A DNA stretch of 64,000 nt from Lutibacter sp. GTDB taxonomy: Bacteria > Bacteroidota > Bacteroidia > Flavobacteriales > Flavobacteriaceae. Shown here piece by piece: positions 16,087 through 27,790 of this stretch. Location: the NCBI RefSeq assembly GCF_030692605.1, contig NZ_JAUYUD010000093.1:34-64033 (forward strand), in the 5' to 3' direction. The stretch's first letter is position 1; each line of letters starts with the position of its first letter. The notes under the pieces are model-generated. The model saw nothing but the letters and a program-made list of their open reading frames with translations. It was not told the DNA's origin and ran no database searches. The position numbers and the translations under genes were made by a program.

Positions 16087-16530
16087 ATGAAAAATTTATT
16101 TTTTATTCTTTTATGCAGTAATTTATTACTTCTTTCTTGTAAAGAAGAACGACAAAAACTACCTCGAAGTGAAGATCCTTCCTCGACTTCCACTGAAAAG
16201 ACAGCTAAAAAGGAAATACATTACATCTGCAATAATAATTGCAAAAATAGTGGTAGTGATGTTGCAGGCAATTGCCCAACTTGTAAAACCCCTTATACAC
16301 ATAATGTAGCTTTTCATAACGATGAATTTCTGAAAAATGGCCCATTAAAAGTTGAAGAACCAACTCAAGGTGGAGCACCAGCTTCTTCAGGAAATACAGT
16401 TGCACCAGCTAGAAATAACGCAGGTATTTATCACTATACATGTAGCAATGCCTGTGCAGGAGGTTCTGGCACTGCAGAAAATTGTTCAAATTGTGGAACC
16501 CTTTTAGTGCATAATCAAGCATATCATTAA
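16087..16530 (+). CDS. Lipoprotein with a duplicated four-Cys motif (putative metal-binding)
   Basis: Lipobox LLLSC. Two copies of the motif are present: HYICNNNCKNSGSDVAGNCPTCKTPYTHNVAFH and HYTCSNACAGGSGTAENCSNCGTLLVHNQAYH. Confidence 0.6.
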   Translation: MKNLFFILLCSNLLLLSCKEERQKLPRSEDPSSTSTEKTAKKEIHYICNNNCKNSGSDVAGNCPTCKTPYTHNVAFHNDEFLKNGPLKVEEPTQGGAPASSGNTVAPARNNAGIYHYTCSNACAGGSGTAENCSNCGTLLVHNQAYH

Positions 16531-16543
16531 AATTAATTAAATT

Positions 16544-16969
16544 ATGTCATTTTCATTTTCAAATTTTTTTAAATCAGATAAACCAAAACCTTCTGAGGTT
16601 AATATTCCTAAAATAGAATTTGGTGGCGGAACTAAATATGCAAGCAATAATGAAAATGATATGTATTTAGATTTTGAAGAATTAGGTGGATTCCCATTTA
16701 TCAAAACAATTATAATAGGACGATTTAATACTGCTACTAAAAGAACAGGTTGTGAGTTAAGTTTCATTTTAAAAAATGAAATTTTAAAATTGCAATCAGA
16801 TAAAAATGACATAGAGTCAACAGAAATAAAAAATTCAAAAGTATACTTTACTGAAATTGATTTTGAATTAAATGATGAAGATTTGAAAAAAATAAATAAT
16901 AACTTAGTGAACGAAATAGTTTACACATTTAAAAACAAAAAAATACACTTTTTACCAATAGATCTCTAA
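16544..16969 (+). CDS. Hypothetical protein
   Basis: 141-aa ORF, 13 nt downstream of the preceding gene. No motif was recognised. Confidence 0.45.
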   Translation: MSFSFSNFFKSDKPKPSEVNIPKIEFGGGTKYASNNENDMYLDFEELGGFPFIKTIIIGRFNTATKRTGCELSFILKNEILKLQSDKNDIESTEIKNSKVYFTEIDFELNDEDLKKINNNLVNEIVYTFKNKKIHFLPIDL

Positions 16970-18558
16970 TAATTCAAAATATGAAATTCTTGATGTAATG
17001 GATTTAATGAAGTTACTAAATCGGGAATCATAGTTAATCCTATTTTCTCATAAACTTCGGAAAAATTACGATATCGTTCTTCTAAACTTTGTTTTGGAAA
17101 TAATTCATTTTGTAAATTACTTAAACGATCAACATACTCAATCATTTTTCTTTTTTGAGCCCTTAGTAATTTCTTCTCCAACATATTAAGGCCGTTAAGT
17201 TGTTTTTTTTCTTGAGCATTTACAGCACCTAAAAAAGACTTATCTGTTTTAATAGCTAGCTCTTTCAACTGTTTAAATTGAACTATAAGATGTGCTTTTT
17301 GTTCAGAAAAATCAATTTTTATATCAGATTGTTCTTTTATTTTTTTAGTTATAAGTGTGTTTTGGTTATTAAATAAATCCAAAATAGTCACACCCAATTT
17401 AGTCGCCTTTTCAACTTGTTTTACAGAAACAAACAAGGCAGAATTTCGTAATAATAAAATTGGAAATGGAATTTGAACAACATCAAAATATTCCTTTAAT
17501 TGAAGCCAGTATGCAATTTCTCCACCTCCTCCTATATAACATAAATTAGGTAAAATGAATTCCTGATAAACAGGTCTCATAATTACATTTGGACTAAATT
17601 TTTCAGGAAAGTTTTCTAGTTCTTTTAAAATTTCAGTTTTTGAAAAAGAAATAGAAGTATTGTGAACAACAAACCTTTCATTCTCATAAATAATTCTTTC
17701 TCTTAATTGATCATCCAAATAAAACAAGTTAATCTCACGAGGGTTTACCTGAATTTTATATTGTTTAGCTAGTTTTTCATTAACATTACTAACACACTTA
17801 TAAGACGTATTATTATGTAATTCATCCTTTACAATAGGAATAAATTGTTGTTTTAAATTGGAGTCATCACCATCAATAATTACCAATCCATAGTCGCCAA
17901 AAAGTTCATTTACTAAATATCGAGTGGCATCGGCTAAATTAGAATGACTGAAATATGCTTTTTTAAATAGTTCTTTCAAATAAATAGCATCATCAGATTC
18001 ATTTAAAAGTGTGGAAAATTCTTCAAAAATCGATTCAAAATTGGATAAAGGCAATCGTCCAACAGCCCCATTGCTTTTTTTATTCCATTTAATTTTTTGA
18101 TTTTTAAAATTGAAAAAATTGATTTCTTCAAAATCGTGATCTTCTGTTGCCATCCAGTATAAAGGCACAAAATCGTACCTTGGAAAATTCGATTTTAAAA
18201 ATTTTGCAGTATTAATAGCTGATACAATTTTATACAAAAAATACAACGGACCCGTAAAAATATTCAATTGATGACCAGTAGTAATTGTAAATGTATTTTC
18301 ACTTTCTAACAAAATAATATTTGAAGAAGTTAACTCACTGCTTTTTGTTGATTTATATTGATTTTTTAAAGCAATTGTTAAAATACTTCTAGATTGATTC
18401 GAAAATGAAGTCTTTTTTAATTCAATCTGATTTCTAAATCCCTCAATATCAGGATGATTTCCATAAAACTCACTTAATCTTTTATGTTTATCTAAATAAT
18501 CACAAATTAAATTTGAAAAATAACCGGTTTCCTTAAAAGGAATATACTGTACCTCCAT
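16966..18558 (-). CDS. bshC: Bacillithiol biosynthesis cysteine-adding enzyme BshC (putative)
   Basis: 530 aa. The N-terminus (FKETGYFSNLICDYLDKHKRLSEFYGNHP) and the length fit my recollection of flavobacterial BshC. Confidence 0.65.
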   Translation of the reverse strand: MEVQYIPFKETGYFSNLICDYLDKHKRLSEFYGNHPDIEGFRNQIELKKTSFSNQSRSILTIALKNQYKSTKSSELTSSNIILLESENTFTITTGHQLNIFTGPLYFLYKIVSAINTAKFLKSNFPRYDFVPLYWMATEDHDFEEINFFNFKNQKIKWNKKSNGAVGRLPLSNFESIFEEFSTLLNESDDAIYLKELFKKAYFSHSNLADATRYLVNELFGDYGLVIIDGDDSNLKQQFIPIVKDELHNNTSYKCVSNVNEKLAKQYKIQVNPREINLFYLDDQLRERIIYENERFVVHNTSISFSKTEILKELENFPEKFSPNVIMRPVYQEFILPNLCYIGGGGEIAYWLQLKEYFDVVQIPFPILLLRNSALFVSVKQVEKATKLGVTILDLFNNQNTLITKKIKEQSDIKIDFSEQKAHLIVQFKQLKELAIKTDKSFLGAVNAQEKKQLNGLNMLEKKLLRAQKRKMIEYVDRLSNLQNELFPKQSLEERYRNFSEVYEKIGLTMIPDLVTSLNPLHQEFHILNY

Positions 18559-18564
18559 AAAATA

Positions 18565-19215
18565 TTAAGCCATTTTTTGAAATAGTGTATAAACATATTC
18601 CCTTGTGTTTCCTGAAGGTTGTGTATACGTATAATTAAATGATTTTTTTAATTTAAAGGCTTTTCCTAATCCTTTTTGCAACATATTTTCATCATAATTT
18701 ACAACATTTAATCCACAACATTTTTTTGCGCCTTCCAAATTAAATTCTGCCAAAATAACATAACCTTCAGTTTTTACAGCATTTCTAATTAAATTAAAAT
18801 AAGCTGTTTGCTGTTCAAATTCTGTAAAAAAATGTAAAACCGCTCTATCATGCCATAAATCAATATTATTTAATTTATTTAATTCAGTTGGATTCGTTAA
18901 ATCGTCCACTATATAGGTAACATTTGCGCTTTTTGGGATCACAATTTTATCTCGTAATTCGCCTAATGCTACAGACGAAATATCGTTAACTATTATGTTT
19001 GTATAACCTTGTTCCAATAAATTATCTATAAGTGTCGTAGCTCCAGCTCCAGCATTAAATAAAATTGCATCTTTAGGTAAATTACACTCAACTATTAGCT
19101 CAATCGAAGGTTGAGGGTTTTCTTCATACCACCCTAAATTTTCAACATTAGTCTTTAAATAGGCATTATTCCAATGTTTTTCAAAATCGCGCAATGAGTT
19201 TTCAGCTATATCCAT
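18565..19215 (-). CDS. Class I SAM-dependent methyltransferase
   Basis: Motif I region ILFNAGAGATTLIDNLLEQGYTNIIVNDIS. Confidence 0.75.
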   Translation of the reverse strand: MDIAENSLRDFEKHWNNAYLKTNVENLGWYEENPQPSIELIVECNLPKDAILFNAGAGATTLIDNLLEQGYTNIIVNDISSVALGELRDKIVIPKSANVTYIVDDLTNPTELNKLNNIDLWHDRAVLHFFTEFEQQTAYFNLIRNAVKTEGYVILAEFNLEGAKKCCGLNVVNYDENMLQKGLGKAFKLKKSFNYTYTQPSGNTREYVYTLFQKMA

Positions 19216-19321
19216 TTAAAACAATGTTAATTTCGATAAAAGTAATCAATTTAGATAGATTCTTATAATTTGCTACATCCTCTAACATATTTTTAACACA
19301 TCCAAATTAATATTATTTATT

Positions 19322-19329
19322 TACATTTG
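19322..19329 (+). promoter_or_regulatory. -7 promoter box TACATTTG
   Basis: Matches TAnnTTTG, 20 nt upstream of the ATG at 19349. Confidence 0.4.
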
Positions 19330-19348
19330 GCTCTTAAAATTTATTATA

Positions 19349-21820
19349 ATGAAAAAATGCATTGTTAACCTATTTTTCTTAGTAGTTATTGGAACCGTCC
19401 ATTCATTTGCTCAAAATATTCAATCTCCTTCTGAATTTTTAGGGTATGAATTAGGTACACGGTTTACGAGACATCATGACGTTGTCGCTTATTTTACTTA
19501 TGTAAGTAATAACTCTAAAAGTGTGAAATTAGAAAAATATGGTGAAACTAATGAATTTAGGCCATTATACATCTCTTATGTTTCATCTGAAGAAAATATC
19601 TCCAATTTAAAAAATATTAGGGAAGATAACTTAAAAAGAACTGGCATTTTAAAGGGAGAGGTAAAAACCGATATTGCTATTGTTTGGCTGAGCTACAATG
19701 TTCACGGTAACGAGGCTTCAAGTACAGAAGCTGCAATGCAAACAATTTATAATTTAATTACCGAAAAGCAAGAGTGGCTCAAAAACACCATAGTAATTAT
19801 TGATCCATGTATTAATCCTGACGGACGTTCCAGATATGTTAATTGGTTTAATGAAACCAAAAACACACCGTATAATACCAACCCAGATGTTGTCGAGCAT
19901 AATGAACCTTGGCCAGGTGGAAGAGCAAATCATTATTTATTCGATTTAAACAGAGATTGGGCGTGGGCAACACAAATTGAAACACAACAACGCTTAAAAG
20001 TTTATAACAAATGGATGCCACATATACATGTTGATTTTCATGAGCAATTTATAAATAACCCATATTATTTTGCACCTGGTGCCGAACCTTATCATGAAAT
20101 AATAACCACATGGCAACGTAATTTTCAAATTGAAATTGGTAAAAATCATGCCAAATATTTCGATAAGAATGGGTGGCAATATTTCACTAAAGAATCATTC
20201 GATTTATTTTACCCTAGCTATGGAGATACCTACCCAACCTATATGGGAGCAATAGGAATGACTTATGAACAAGCTGGACATGGAAGAGCTGGGTTGGGAA
20301 TAATAATTGAAAATAAAACTGAACTTACTTTAAAAGATAGAATCAAACATCATACTACTTCAGGAATTTCTACTGTTGAAATGGCTTCTATGAATGCATC
20401 AAAATTAGTATCTGAATTTCAAAAATTCTTTAATAATTCTAGCTTAAAGTATAAAAGTTATGTTTTACGAGGCGATGATCATAAATTAAAAAAGATAAAA
20501 GCTCTATTGGAAAAACATGAAATCGAAAGCTATTCAACAGAAGAAAAAACTATAAAAGCATTTAATTATCAATCAAATTCAATTAAAAGTTTAAAAACAA
20601 ATTCAAGGGACTTGGTAATTTCAACAAATCAGCCAAAAGGTAAAATGGTCAAGGTATTATTCGAACCAGAAGCGAAACTTTCCGATTCATTAACCTATGA
20701 TATTACAGCTTGGAGTATTCCTTATGCATATGGAGTTGAAGGTTTTGCCAGTGAAACTGAGTTGTTAAAAGGAAAACAAAATGATAATAACAAAACCGAA
20801 CTGAAAAATGAAATTGTTCCTAATACATATGCATATGTAAGCAATTGGAGTGACGTTTCTGATGCTGAATTTTTAGGCGATCTTTTAGAAAAAGATTTTA
20901 ATGTTCGTTATAGCAATGCCAATTTTACAATCGAAGGAACTTCATTTAAAAAAGGAACTTTAATTGTTATGAAAGGTGAAAATGAACACATTCAAAATTT
21001 TGATGAATCAATAACTCAAATAGCGACTTCACTAAATAAAAACCTAATCTCTGTTAAATCTGGTTTTTCTGATACTGGATTCGATTTTGGATCCTCAAAT
21101 TATTCATTAATTAAAAATAAAAAAATAGCAGTTTTATCGGGTGAAAATGTTTCTTCATTGAGTTTTGGTGAAATTTGGCACTTTTTTGAATCTCAATTAC
21201 AGTACCCAATTAATGTTATAAATGTTTCTTCGCTCAAAAGAATTGATTTATCAAAATACAATGTAGTAATTACACCAAATGAATATGTTGCGAATAAAGA
21301 CGATTTAGCTATTCTTTCAGAATATGTTACAAAAGGTGGAACCATAGTAGCAATTGAAAGCTCTTTAAAAAGTTTTGCAAATAAAGAAGGTTTTGCTTTA
21401 AAAATTAAAAAGGATACGCTTGATGACAAAAGTAAACCAAAAGTAAATCTAATACCATACAACCAACAGGAAAGAGAAAGTCTGAAAAACACAATAACAG
21501 GAAGTATTTTTAATGGCACCATAGACACAACGCACCCTCTAGCCTATGGTTATGAAAATAATTATAATAGTTTAAAATTAAATTCGGACGCATATCAACT
21601 GCTCGAAAAAGGAATAAACGTTGGCTATTTTTCGGATAAAACGATTAACATTTCAGGTTTTGCAGGCTCAAATGCTTTAAAAGAAGTTCCAAACTCCTTA
21701 CTATTTGGAATTGAAAGGAAAGGAAAAGGTCAATTAATTTATATGGTAGACAATCCTTTATTCCGATCATTTTGGGAAAATGGAAAGTTGTTTTTTGCTA
21801 ACGCTGTGTTTTTAAATTAA
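19349..21820 (+). CDS. M14 family zinc carboxypeptidase-like protein, secreted
   Basis: Signal peptide. Zn-ligand region NVHGNEASSTEA, plus INPDGR and a later HEQ motif. Long C-terminal extension. Confidence 0.8.
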   Translation: MKKCIVNLFFLVVIGTVHSFAQNIQSPSEFLGYELGTRFTRHHDVVAYFTYVSNNSKSVKLEKYGETNEFRPLYISYVSSEENISNLKNIREDNLKRTGILKGEVKTDIAIVWLSYNVHGNEASSTEAAMQTIYNLITEKQEWLKNTIVIIDPCINPDGRSRYVNWFNETKNTPYNTNPDVVEHNEPWPGGRANHYLFDLNRDWAWATQIETQQRLKVYNKWMPHIHVDFHEQFINNPYYFAPGAEPYHEIITTWQRNFQIEIGKNHAKYFDKNGWQYFTKESFDLFYPSYGDTYPTYMGAIGMTYEQAGHGRAGLGIIIENKTELTLKDRIKHHTTSGISTVEMASMNASKLVSEFQKFFNNSSLKYKSYVLRGDDHKLKKIKALLEKHEIESYSTEEKTIKAFNYQSNSIKSLKTNSRDLVISTNQPKGKMVKVLFEPEAKLSDSLTYDITAWSIPYAYGVEGFASETELLKGKQNDNNKTELKNEIVPNTYAYVSNWSDVSDAEFLGDLLEKDFNVRYSNANFTIEGTSFKKGTLIVMKGENEHIQNFDESITQIATSLNKNLISVKSGFSDTGFDFGSSNYSLIKNKKIAVLSGENVSSLSFGEIWHFFESQLQYPINVINVSSLKRIDLSKYNVVITPNEYVANKDDLAILSEYVTKGGTIVAIESSLKSFANKEGFALKIKKDTLDDKSKPKVNLIPYNQQERESLKNTITGSIFNGTIDTTHPLAYGYENNYNSLKLNSDAYQLLEKGINVGYFSDKTINISGFAGSNALKEVPNSLLFGIERKGKGQLIYMVDNPLFRSFWENGKLFFANAVFLN

Positions 21821-21826
21821 AAAAAG

Positions 21827-22513
21827 TTAATCAAAATCAGTGTCTAAATTTATAAAATCGAGAAACTCTTGTTTAGTTTCTTGATTTTTAAATTTTCCAC
21901 CGTATTCCGCTGTAACAGTACTACTTTCAATATCGCGTACACCTCTTGAGTTTACACATAAATGCTTCGCATCAATTACACAAGCAACATCATCTGTTCC
22001 CAATGCTTCTTGCAATGCTTGAACAACTTGCATCGTCAATCGTTCTTGAACTTGTGGTCTTTTAGCGTAAAAATCAACGATTCTATTCATTTTGGACAAT
22101 CCAATAACTTTTCCGCTAGAAATATAAGCTACATGAGCTTTTCCTACAATTGGTAACAAATGATGTTCACATGTTGAATAAACAGTAATGTTTTTTTCAA
22201 CCAACATTTCACCATACTTATAATTATTATCGAAGGTTGATAATTTAGGTTTATTTGCTGGATTTAACCCTCCAAAAATTTCGTAAACAAAAGCTTTCGC
22301 GACTCTTTTAGGAGTTCCTTTTAAGCTATCATCTGACAAATCCATACCCAAAGTGTTCAAAATATCTCTAACACTTTCTTGAATAAGTTCTACTTTTTTT
22401 TGGTCAGTAATATCAAAAGCATCAGCTCTCAGTGGAGTTTTTGCAGAAGAACTAATGTGGTCATCCCCTATTTCTTCAAATTTATCTGCCATTTCTTCTT
22501 TTCCTTCAAACAT
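21827..22513 (-). CDS. folE: GTP cyclohydrolase I
   Basis: YSTCEHHLLPIVGKAHVAYI and AKRPQVQERLT motifs. Confidence 0.93.
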   Translation of the reverse strand: MFEGKEEMADKFEEIGDDHISSSAKTPLRADAFDITDQKKVELIQESVRDILNTLGMDLSDDSLKGTPKRVAKAFVYEIFGGLNPANKPKLSTFDNNYKYGEMLVEKNITVYSTCEHHLLPIVGKAHVAYISSGKVIGLSKMNRIVDFYAKRPQVQERLTMQVVQALQEALGTDDVACVIDAKHLCVNSRGVRDIESSTVTAEYGGKFKNQETKQEFLDFINLDTDFD

Positions 22514-22550
22514 TTAATTAATTATTAGCCCGCAAATTTACAACAATGTT

Positions 22551-23927
22551 TTAAAGTTGGGTTGTGATTTTTAGTAATTCTTCAAGATTGCAAATTTGCT
22601 GGTCGCCGGTATGCATATTTTTTAAAGTGAAATTATTATTTTCTAATTCATTGACACCTACCATTACAACAAAAGGAATTTCTCTCCTATTTGCATAATG
22701 CATTTGTTTTTTAAGTTTATCACTTTCTGGGTATAATTCAGTTTTTATTCCTTTTGCTCTTAAAACCATTAATGCCTTCATACATAAAGTAGCTTCCTTT
22801 TCACCATAATTTAAAAACAAAACTTTTGGGGTTGGCAAGGCCACATCTTTGAATAAATTAAGTTCTTCAAGCACTAAATAAATTCGATCTAAACCAAATG
22901 AAATACCGACACCACTCACATCTTTTAACCCAAAGACACCTGTTAAATCATCATATCTTCCACCGCCACCTATTGAACCCATTTCAACACCTTTTGGTGC
23001 CGAAACTTCAATAATAGCTCCAGTATAATAATTTAAACCACGTGCCAAGGTTACGTCCAATTCTAATGAAGCTGTTTGCAAGCCGAAATTCTCAACGGTT
23101 GATACCACAAATTTTAAATCTGCAACTCCTTGTTTTCCTACCTCAGAATTGGATAGTAAATCTTCAAGCTGATTTAATTTATCTACATTACTTCCTTGCA
23201 AATTAAATAAAGGTGTTACTTTTTCTATGGCTTTTTTTGAAATACCTTTTTCAAGCATTTCTTTTGCAACGCCTTCAGCTCCAATTTTATCTAATTTATC
23301 TAAGGCTACCGTAAAATCAATTAATTTATCTTTTTCACCTATTATTTCAGCTATACCAGCTAAAATTTTGCGATTATTGATTTTAATAGTCGTTCCAACT
23401 AAATGTAACTTACTAAAAACTGCATCGTATAACTGAACAAACTCAACTTCTTGCCATAAACCTTTGCTACCAACAACATCTGCATCACACTGATAAAACT
23501 CTCTAAAACGTCCTTTTTGTGGTCTGTCGGCCCTCCAAACAGGTTGCATTTGGTAACGTTTAAACGGAAAAACTATATCGTTTTGGTGTTGTACTACATA
23601 ACGAGCAAAAGGCACTGTTAAATCGTAACGCAATGCTTTTTCTGAAATTTGATTAGTTACTTTTAAACTATCTTTTGCTGAAAGCAATGTTTCATCGACT
23701 TTATCTAAATAATCACCTGAATTTAAAATTTTAAAAATCAGCCGATCGCCTTCATCTCCATATTTTCCCATTAACGTAGTAGAATTTTCAAAACTTGGAG
23801 TTTCAATTGGTTGAAATCCATACAGTTCAAAAACTTCTTTTATAGTATTAAAAATATAGTTTCGTTGTGTAACTTCTTTAGGTGAAAAATCACGTGTTCC
23901 TTTTGGAATGCTCGGTTTTTGTGCCAT
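22551..23927 (-). CDS. hisS: Histidine--tRNA ligase
   Basis: Class II motifs: [34 protein letters not shown]. Confidence 0.93.
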   Translation of the reverse strand: MAQKPSIPKGTRDFSPKEVTQRNYIFNTIKEVFELYGFQPIETPSFENSTTLMGKYGDEGDRLIFKILNSGDYLDKVDETLLSAKDSLKVTNQISEKALRYDLTVPFARYVVQHQNDIVFPFKRYQMQPVWRADRPQKGRFREFYQCDADVVGSKGLWQEVEFVQLYDAVFSKLHLVGTTIKINNRKILAGIAEIIGEKDKLIDFTVALDKLDKIGAEGVAKEMLEKGISKKAIEKVTPLFNLQGSNVDKLNQLEDLLSNSEVGKQGVADLKFVVSTVENFGLQTASLELDVTLARGLNYYTGAIIEVSAPKGVEMGSIGGGGRYDDLTGVFGLKDVSGVGISFGLDRIYLVLEELNLFKDVALPTPKVLFLNYGEKEATLCMKALMVLRAKGIKTELYPESDKLKKQMHYANRREIPFVVMVGVNELENNNFTLKNMHTGDQQICNLEELLKITTQL

Positions 23928-24032
23928 TGGTATTAATTAGGTTGCAAATATCTAAAATTTAAAAAACTATTTAAAGATTTTCTGGTATTGATTTTCATAT
24001 GATGATAACCAGCACTTATTTTGAATCTTTTT

Positions 24033-24776
24033 TTAATATGATTTTAGATTTCTATTAAATAATTCAATCGCTTTTTCTAAATCTTCAGGAGTATCAATAC
24101 CGATAGCTAACTGACCTGTTTCTACCATTTTAACTTTCATGCCATTTGCTAAAAAGCGTAAATTTTCTAATTTTTCTGTTGCTTCTAAAGCATTTATGGG
24201 CAATTTTGTAAATCGCATTAATGCTTCTTTTCTAAATGCATAAATCCCAATATGCTTAAAATAAGTAGCTAAACTTTTTTCTCTCGGATACGGAATTGGA
24301 GCTCTTGAAAAATACATTGCAAAATTTCTGTCATCTATTACCACTTTAACATTGTTTGGGTTATTTATTTCATCTTCATCTTCCAATTTTATCATTAATG
24401 AAGCAATATCCACTTCATTTAAGGTGTCCTTTTTAAATACTTTCAATAATTTTATAAGTGGTTCAGTTTGTGTAAAAGGTTCGTCTCCTTGAACATTTAC
24501 AACAATATCAATATCCATGGATGCAACAGCTTCAGCAATTCTATCGCTACCAGACTCGTGTTCATTTATACTTTTAATTGCTTTCCCTCCTTTTGAAATA
24601 ATTTCATTATAAATTATATCACTATCGGTAACTACATACACTTCATCAAAAAGATTTGAATTTAAAGTTGCTTCATACGTTCTTAAAATTACAGATTTGC
24701 CTACCAAATCTTTCATTAATTTACCTGGAAAACGACTGGCTTCAAATCGTGCCGGAATCATTGCTATTATTTTCAT
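24033..24776 (-). CDS. kdsB: 3-deoxy-manno-octulosonate cytidylyltransferase
   Basis: N-terminal [13 protein letters not shown], plus NVQGDEP and SGSDRI motifs. Confidence 0.9.
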   Translation of the reverse strand: MKIIAMIPARFEASRFPGKLMKDLVGKSVILRTYEATLNSNLFDEVYVVTDSDIIYNEIISKGGKAIKSINEHESGSDRIAEAVASMDIDIVVNVQGDEPFTQTEPLIKLLKVFKKDTLNEVDIASLMIKLEDEDEINNPNNVKVVIDDRNFAMYFSRAPIPYPREKSLATYFKHIGIYAFRKEALMRFTKLPINALEATEKLENLRFLANGMKVKMVETGQLAIGIDTPEDLEKAIELFNRNLKSY

Positions 24777-25711
24777 TTATTTATTTTTTGTCTTAAATGA
24801 AACCTTCTCAACCTTTTTATACTTGCATTTAGCTCAAAACCAAGCAATAAAATAATTGCATTTAACCAAACAAACAACATTAGAATAAGTAGCGTTCCAA
24901 TGGAACCATATAGCTCGTTATACGTGGCAAATTTTTCAACATAAATTGCAAATACTTTAAACATAAGTAAGGTAAGTACTGTTGTTAAAACAGAACCAGG
25001 AGTGAAAAACGATTTAAATTTCATCGATTTTGTTCCATAATTGTATAAAAACGAAACTGATACAAATAAAAGTAATGTGAAAAATAGGATTCTACCCCAA
25101 TCGATCCAAAAAACATCGTCATCTACCCAACCTTTCAATTTTAATCTTGAAACACCAATTTCGAAATAAATAACAAGAATTACAGTAATAACTAAAATTA
25201 CCGCAAAAAGTATAGACATACCAATAGAAATAATATATTGTCTAAATGTATTTCTCATTTCATTTACGTGGTACGAATATTCAAATCCACCTAAAATTGC
25301 ATTAACTCCGTTAGTCATTAAAAAAATAGAAGCAATAAAACCAAAAGACATTAAGCCTCCATACCTATTAATTGCTATATCATTAATCACATCTTGTACA
25401 GATTCTGATGTTTTAGGAGGTAATAATTGATCTATCATAAACAAAAAATCGCTCTGAAAACCTTCAATGGGGACAAATGGAATTAAAGTTAAAATAAATA
25501 ATAAAAATGGGAATAATGCCATAAAAAAACTAAATGCAATACCACCAGCTCTTGAAGTTAAAGCTCCTTTTGCAATACCAATTATGTACATTTCTAAAAC
25601 ATCGTATAACGACATTCCCATTAAACCAGGAATTTTTACTTTTTTTACCAAGAGCATTATCCAATTTAAAATTGGAATTTTTTCTAGGCTATCTTCAATT
25701 TGTTTTGTCAT
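24773..25711 (-). CDS. YihY/BrkB family membrane protein
   Basis: Polytopic membrane protein with [17 protein letters not shown], typical of the YihY family. It overlaps kdsB by 4 nt. Confidence 0.8.
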   Translation of the reverse strand: MTKQIEDSLEKIPILNWIMLLVKKVKIPGLMGMSLYDVLEMYIIGIAKGALTSRAGGIAFSFFMALFPFLLFILTLIPFVPIEGFQSDFLFMIDQLLPPKTSESVQDVINDIAINRYGGLMSFGFIASIFLMTNGVNAILGGFEYSYHVNEMRNTFRQYIISIGMSILFAVILVITVILVIYFEIGVSRLKLKGWVDDDVFWIDWGRILFFTLLLFVSVSFLYNYGTKSMKFKSFFTPGSVLTTVLTLLMFKVFAIYVEKFATYNELYGSIGTLLILMLFVWLNAIILLLGFELNASIKRLRRFHLRQKINK

Positions 25712-26568
25712 TGAACTGCTTTTAAACTTAAGTCCATGTTAAAAACCGAATGTGTTAATGCTCCTGATGAAATATAATCCACACCACATTTAGCGTATTC
25801 TTTAGCTGTTTTTAGGGTTATTCCACCCGAAGATTCAGTTTGGCATTTGTTCCCAATTAGCGCAACCGCTTTTTTAGTTTCTTCATAATTAAAGTTATCA
25901 ATTAAAATTCTGTGAATACCATCATGTTCAAGAATTTCGGAGATTTCTTCCAAATTTCTAGCTTCAACAATAATTTTTAAATCGAGGTTATTTTCTTTCA
26001 AATAAAACTTTGTTTTAGTAATTGCTTTTGAAATTCCGCCTGCAAAATCTATATGATTATCTTTTAGCATAACCATATCATACAAAGCAAATCGATGATT
26101 TTCTCCTCCTCCAATTTTTACTGCCCATTTTTCTAGTGCTCTAATTCCAGGAGTTGTTTTACGTGTATCTAAAATTTTGGTATTTGTACCTTCTAAAATG
26201 GATGCAAACTGTTTCGTTTTAGTTGCAATAGCACTCATACGTTGCATTGCGTTTAAAACTAATCGTTCAGCTTTTAGAATAGATTGAGAACTGCCTGAAA
26301 CATAAAAAACGATATCGCCATAATTAACTTTTTGTCCGTCTTTTATTAAAACTTCAATCTTTAAATTTTTATCAACATAATTGAATATTTGTTCAGCAAA
26401 TTCAACACCAGCAATTATACCATCTTCCTTTACTAATAATTTTGCTTTTCCTAAAGCAGTTTTAGGAATACATGCTAATGAACTATGATCGCCATCTCCA
26501 ACATCTTCTCTAATAGCATTTTCAATTATTATTTTAAGTTCTTTTTCAAACTGCTCTTTTGAAATCAT
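25708..26568 (-). CDS. nadC: Nicotinate-nucleotide diphosphorylase (carboxylating)
   Basis: ILDTRKTTPG, MLKDNHI and ESSGGIT motifs. Confidence 0.9.
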   Translation of the reverse strand: MISKEQFEKELKIIIENAIREDVGDGDHSSLACIPKTALGKAKLLVKEDGIIAGVEFAEQIFNYVDKNLKIEVLIKDGQKVNYGDIVFYVSGSSQSILKAERLVLNAMQRMSAIATKTKQFASILEGTNTKILDTRKTTPGIRALEKWAVKIGGGENHRFALYDMVMLKDNHIDFAGGISKAITKTKFYLKENNLDLKIIVEARNLEEISEILEHDGIHRILIDNFNYEETKKAVALIGNKCQTESSGGITLKTAKEYAKCGVDYISSGALTHSVFNMDLSLKAVQ

Positions 26569-26739
26569 TCTGTTAATTTTTTAATAGTACGAAAATATAG
26601 TATTTTTGGGGAAAACTTATTAATTATGAAAAGAAAAATTACAAAATTTTAGTACTAATTATTGAACTATTCTAAAAAACGAATTAAAATTTTTAAAAAA
26701 CACTTTTGGTAATTCCTATTAAAAGTAAAATTAGATTTT

Positions 26740-27213
26740 ATGAATATTAAAGTAGTTGCTATAGGAAAAACGGATGATAAAAATTTAACTATTTTGATAG
26801 AAGCCTATCAAAATAGATTAAAACATTACATTAATTTTGAATTGGAAATTATTCCAGATGTTAAAAATAGTAAGAATTTAAGCGAAAATCAACAAAAAGA
26901 AAAAGAAGGGGAACTTATAATAAAAAAATTAACAAATTCGGATATTTTAATTTTATTAGATGAAAAAGGAAAAGAATATGGCTCTGTCGATTTTTCAAAA
27001 TACCTCCAAAAACAGATGAATGCTGGAATTAAACAACTTATTTTTGTAATTGGTGGTCCATATGGTTTTTCCGATGAATTATATAAAAAAGCGACAGGTA
27101 AAATTTCTTTATCAAAAATGACCTTTTCACATCAAATGATTCGTTTATTTGTGGTAGAACAATTGTATAGAGCATTTACAATTTTAAAAAACGAACCCTA
27201 CCACCATGAATAA
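26740..27213 (+). CDS. rlmH: 23S rRNA (pseudouridine1915-N3)-methyltransferase
   Basis: 157 aa, SPOUT fold; [10 protein letters not shown]...[13 protein letters not shown]...EQLYRAF...PYH. Confidence 0.9.
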   Translation: MNIKVVAIGKTDDKNLTILIEAYQNRLKHYINFELEIIPDVKNSKNLSENQQKEKEGELIIKKLTNSDILILLDEKGKEYGSVDFSKYLQKQMNAGIKQLIFVIGGPYGFSDELYKKATGKISLSKMTFSHQMIRLFVVEQLYRAFTILKNEPYHHE

Positions 27214-27790
27214 ATTAAAATTAGTTTTTGCAACTAACAATGCTAATAAATTAAAAGAGGTGCAGGCCATGTTAACAAACTTTGAAATTGTAAGTCTTGC
27301 CGAAATTAATTGTTTTGACGACATTCCTGAAACAGCCCTAACACTTGAAGGAAATGCTATTTTGAAAGCTAACTTTATTACACAAAAATTTGGATTAAAT
27401 TGTTTTGCTGATGATACTGGCTTAGAAGTCGAGGCGCTAAATAATGAGCCAGGAGTTTATTCGGCACGTTATGCTGGAAAAGAAAATAATGCAGATAAAA
27501 ATATGAAGAAACTACTAAAAGAACTTGGAGAAAATTCTAACAGAAAAGCACAATTTAGAACTGCCATTGCACTTAATTTGAATGGAAAACAATATATTTT
27601 TGAAGGAATTTGTAAAGGAACAATTCTAAAAGAAAAAAAGGGAAATTTTGGATTTGGGTACGATCCTTTATTTGTTCCCAAAGGTTTTTCTACTACTTTT
27701 GCCGAAATGGATATGAATACAAAAAGCACCATAAGCCACAGAGGAAAAGCTATTGAAAAATTAGTGACATTCTTAACTACTAAATCTTGA
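27206..27790 (+). CDS. rdgB: Non-canonical purine NTP pyrophosphatase (RdgB/HAM1)
   Basis: [26 protein letters not shown] and SHRG motifs. Confidence 0.9.
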   Translation: MNKLKLVFATNNANKLKEVQAMLTNFEIVSLAEINCFDDIPETALTLEGNAILKANFITQKFGLNCFADDTGLEVEALNNEPGVYSARYAGKENNADKNMKKLLKELGENSNRKAQFRTAIALNLNGKQYIFEGICKGTILKEKKGNFGFGYDPLFVPKGFSTTFAEMDMNTKSTISHRGKAIEKLVTFLTTKS

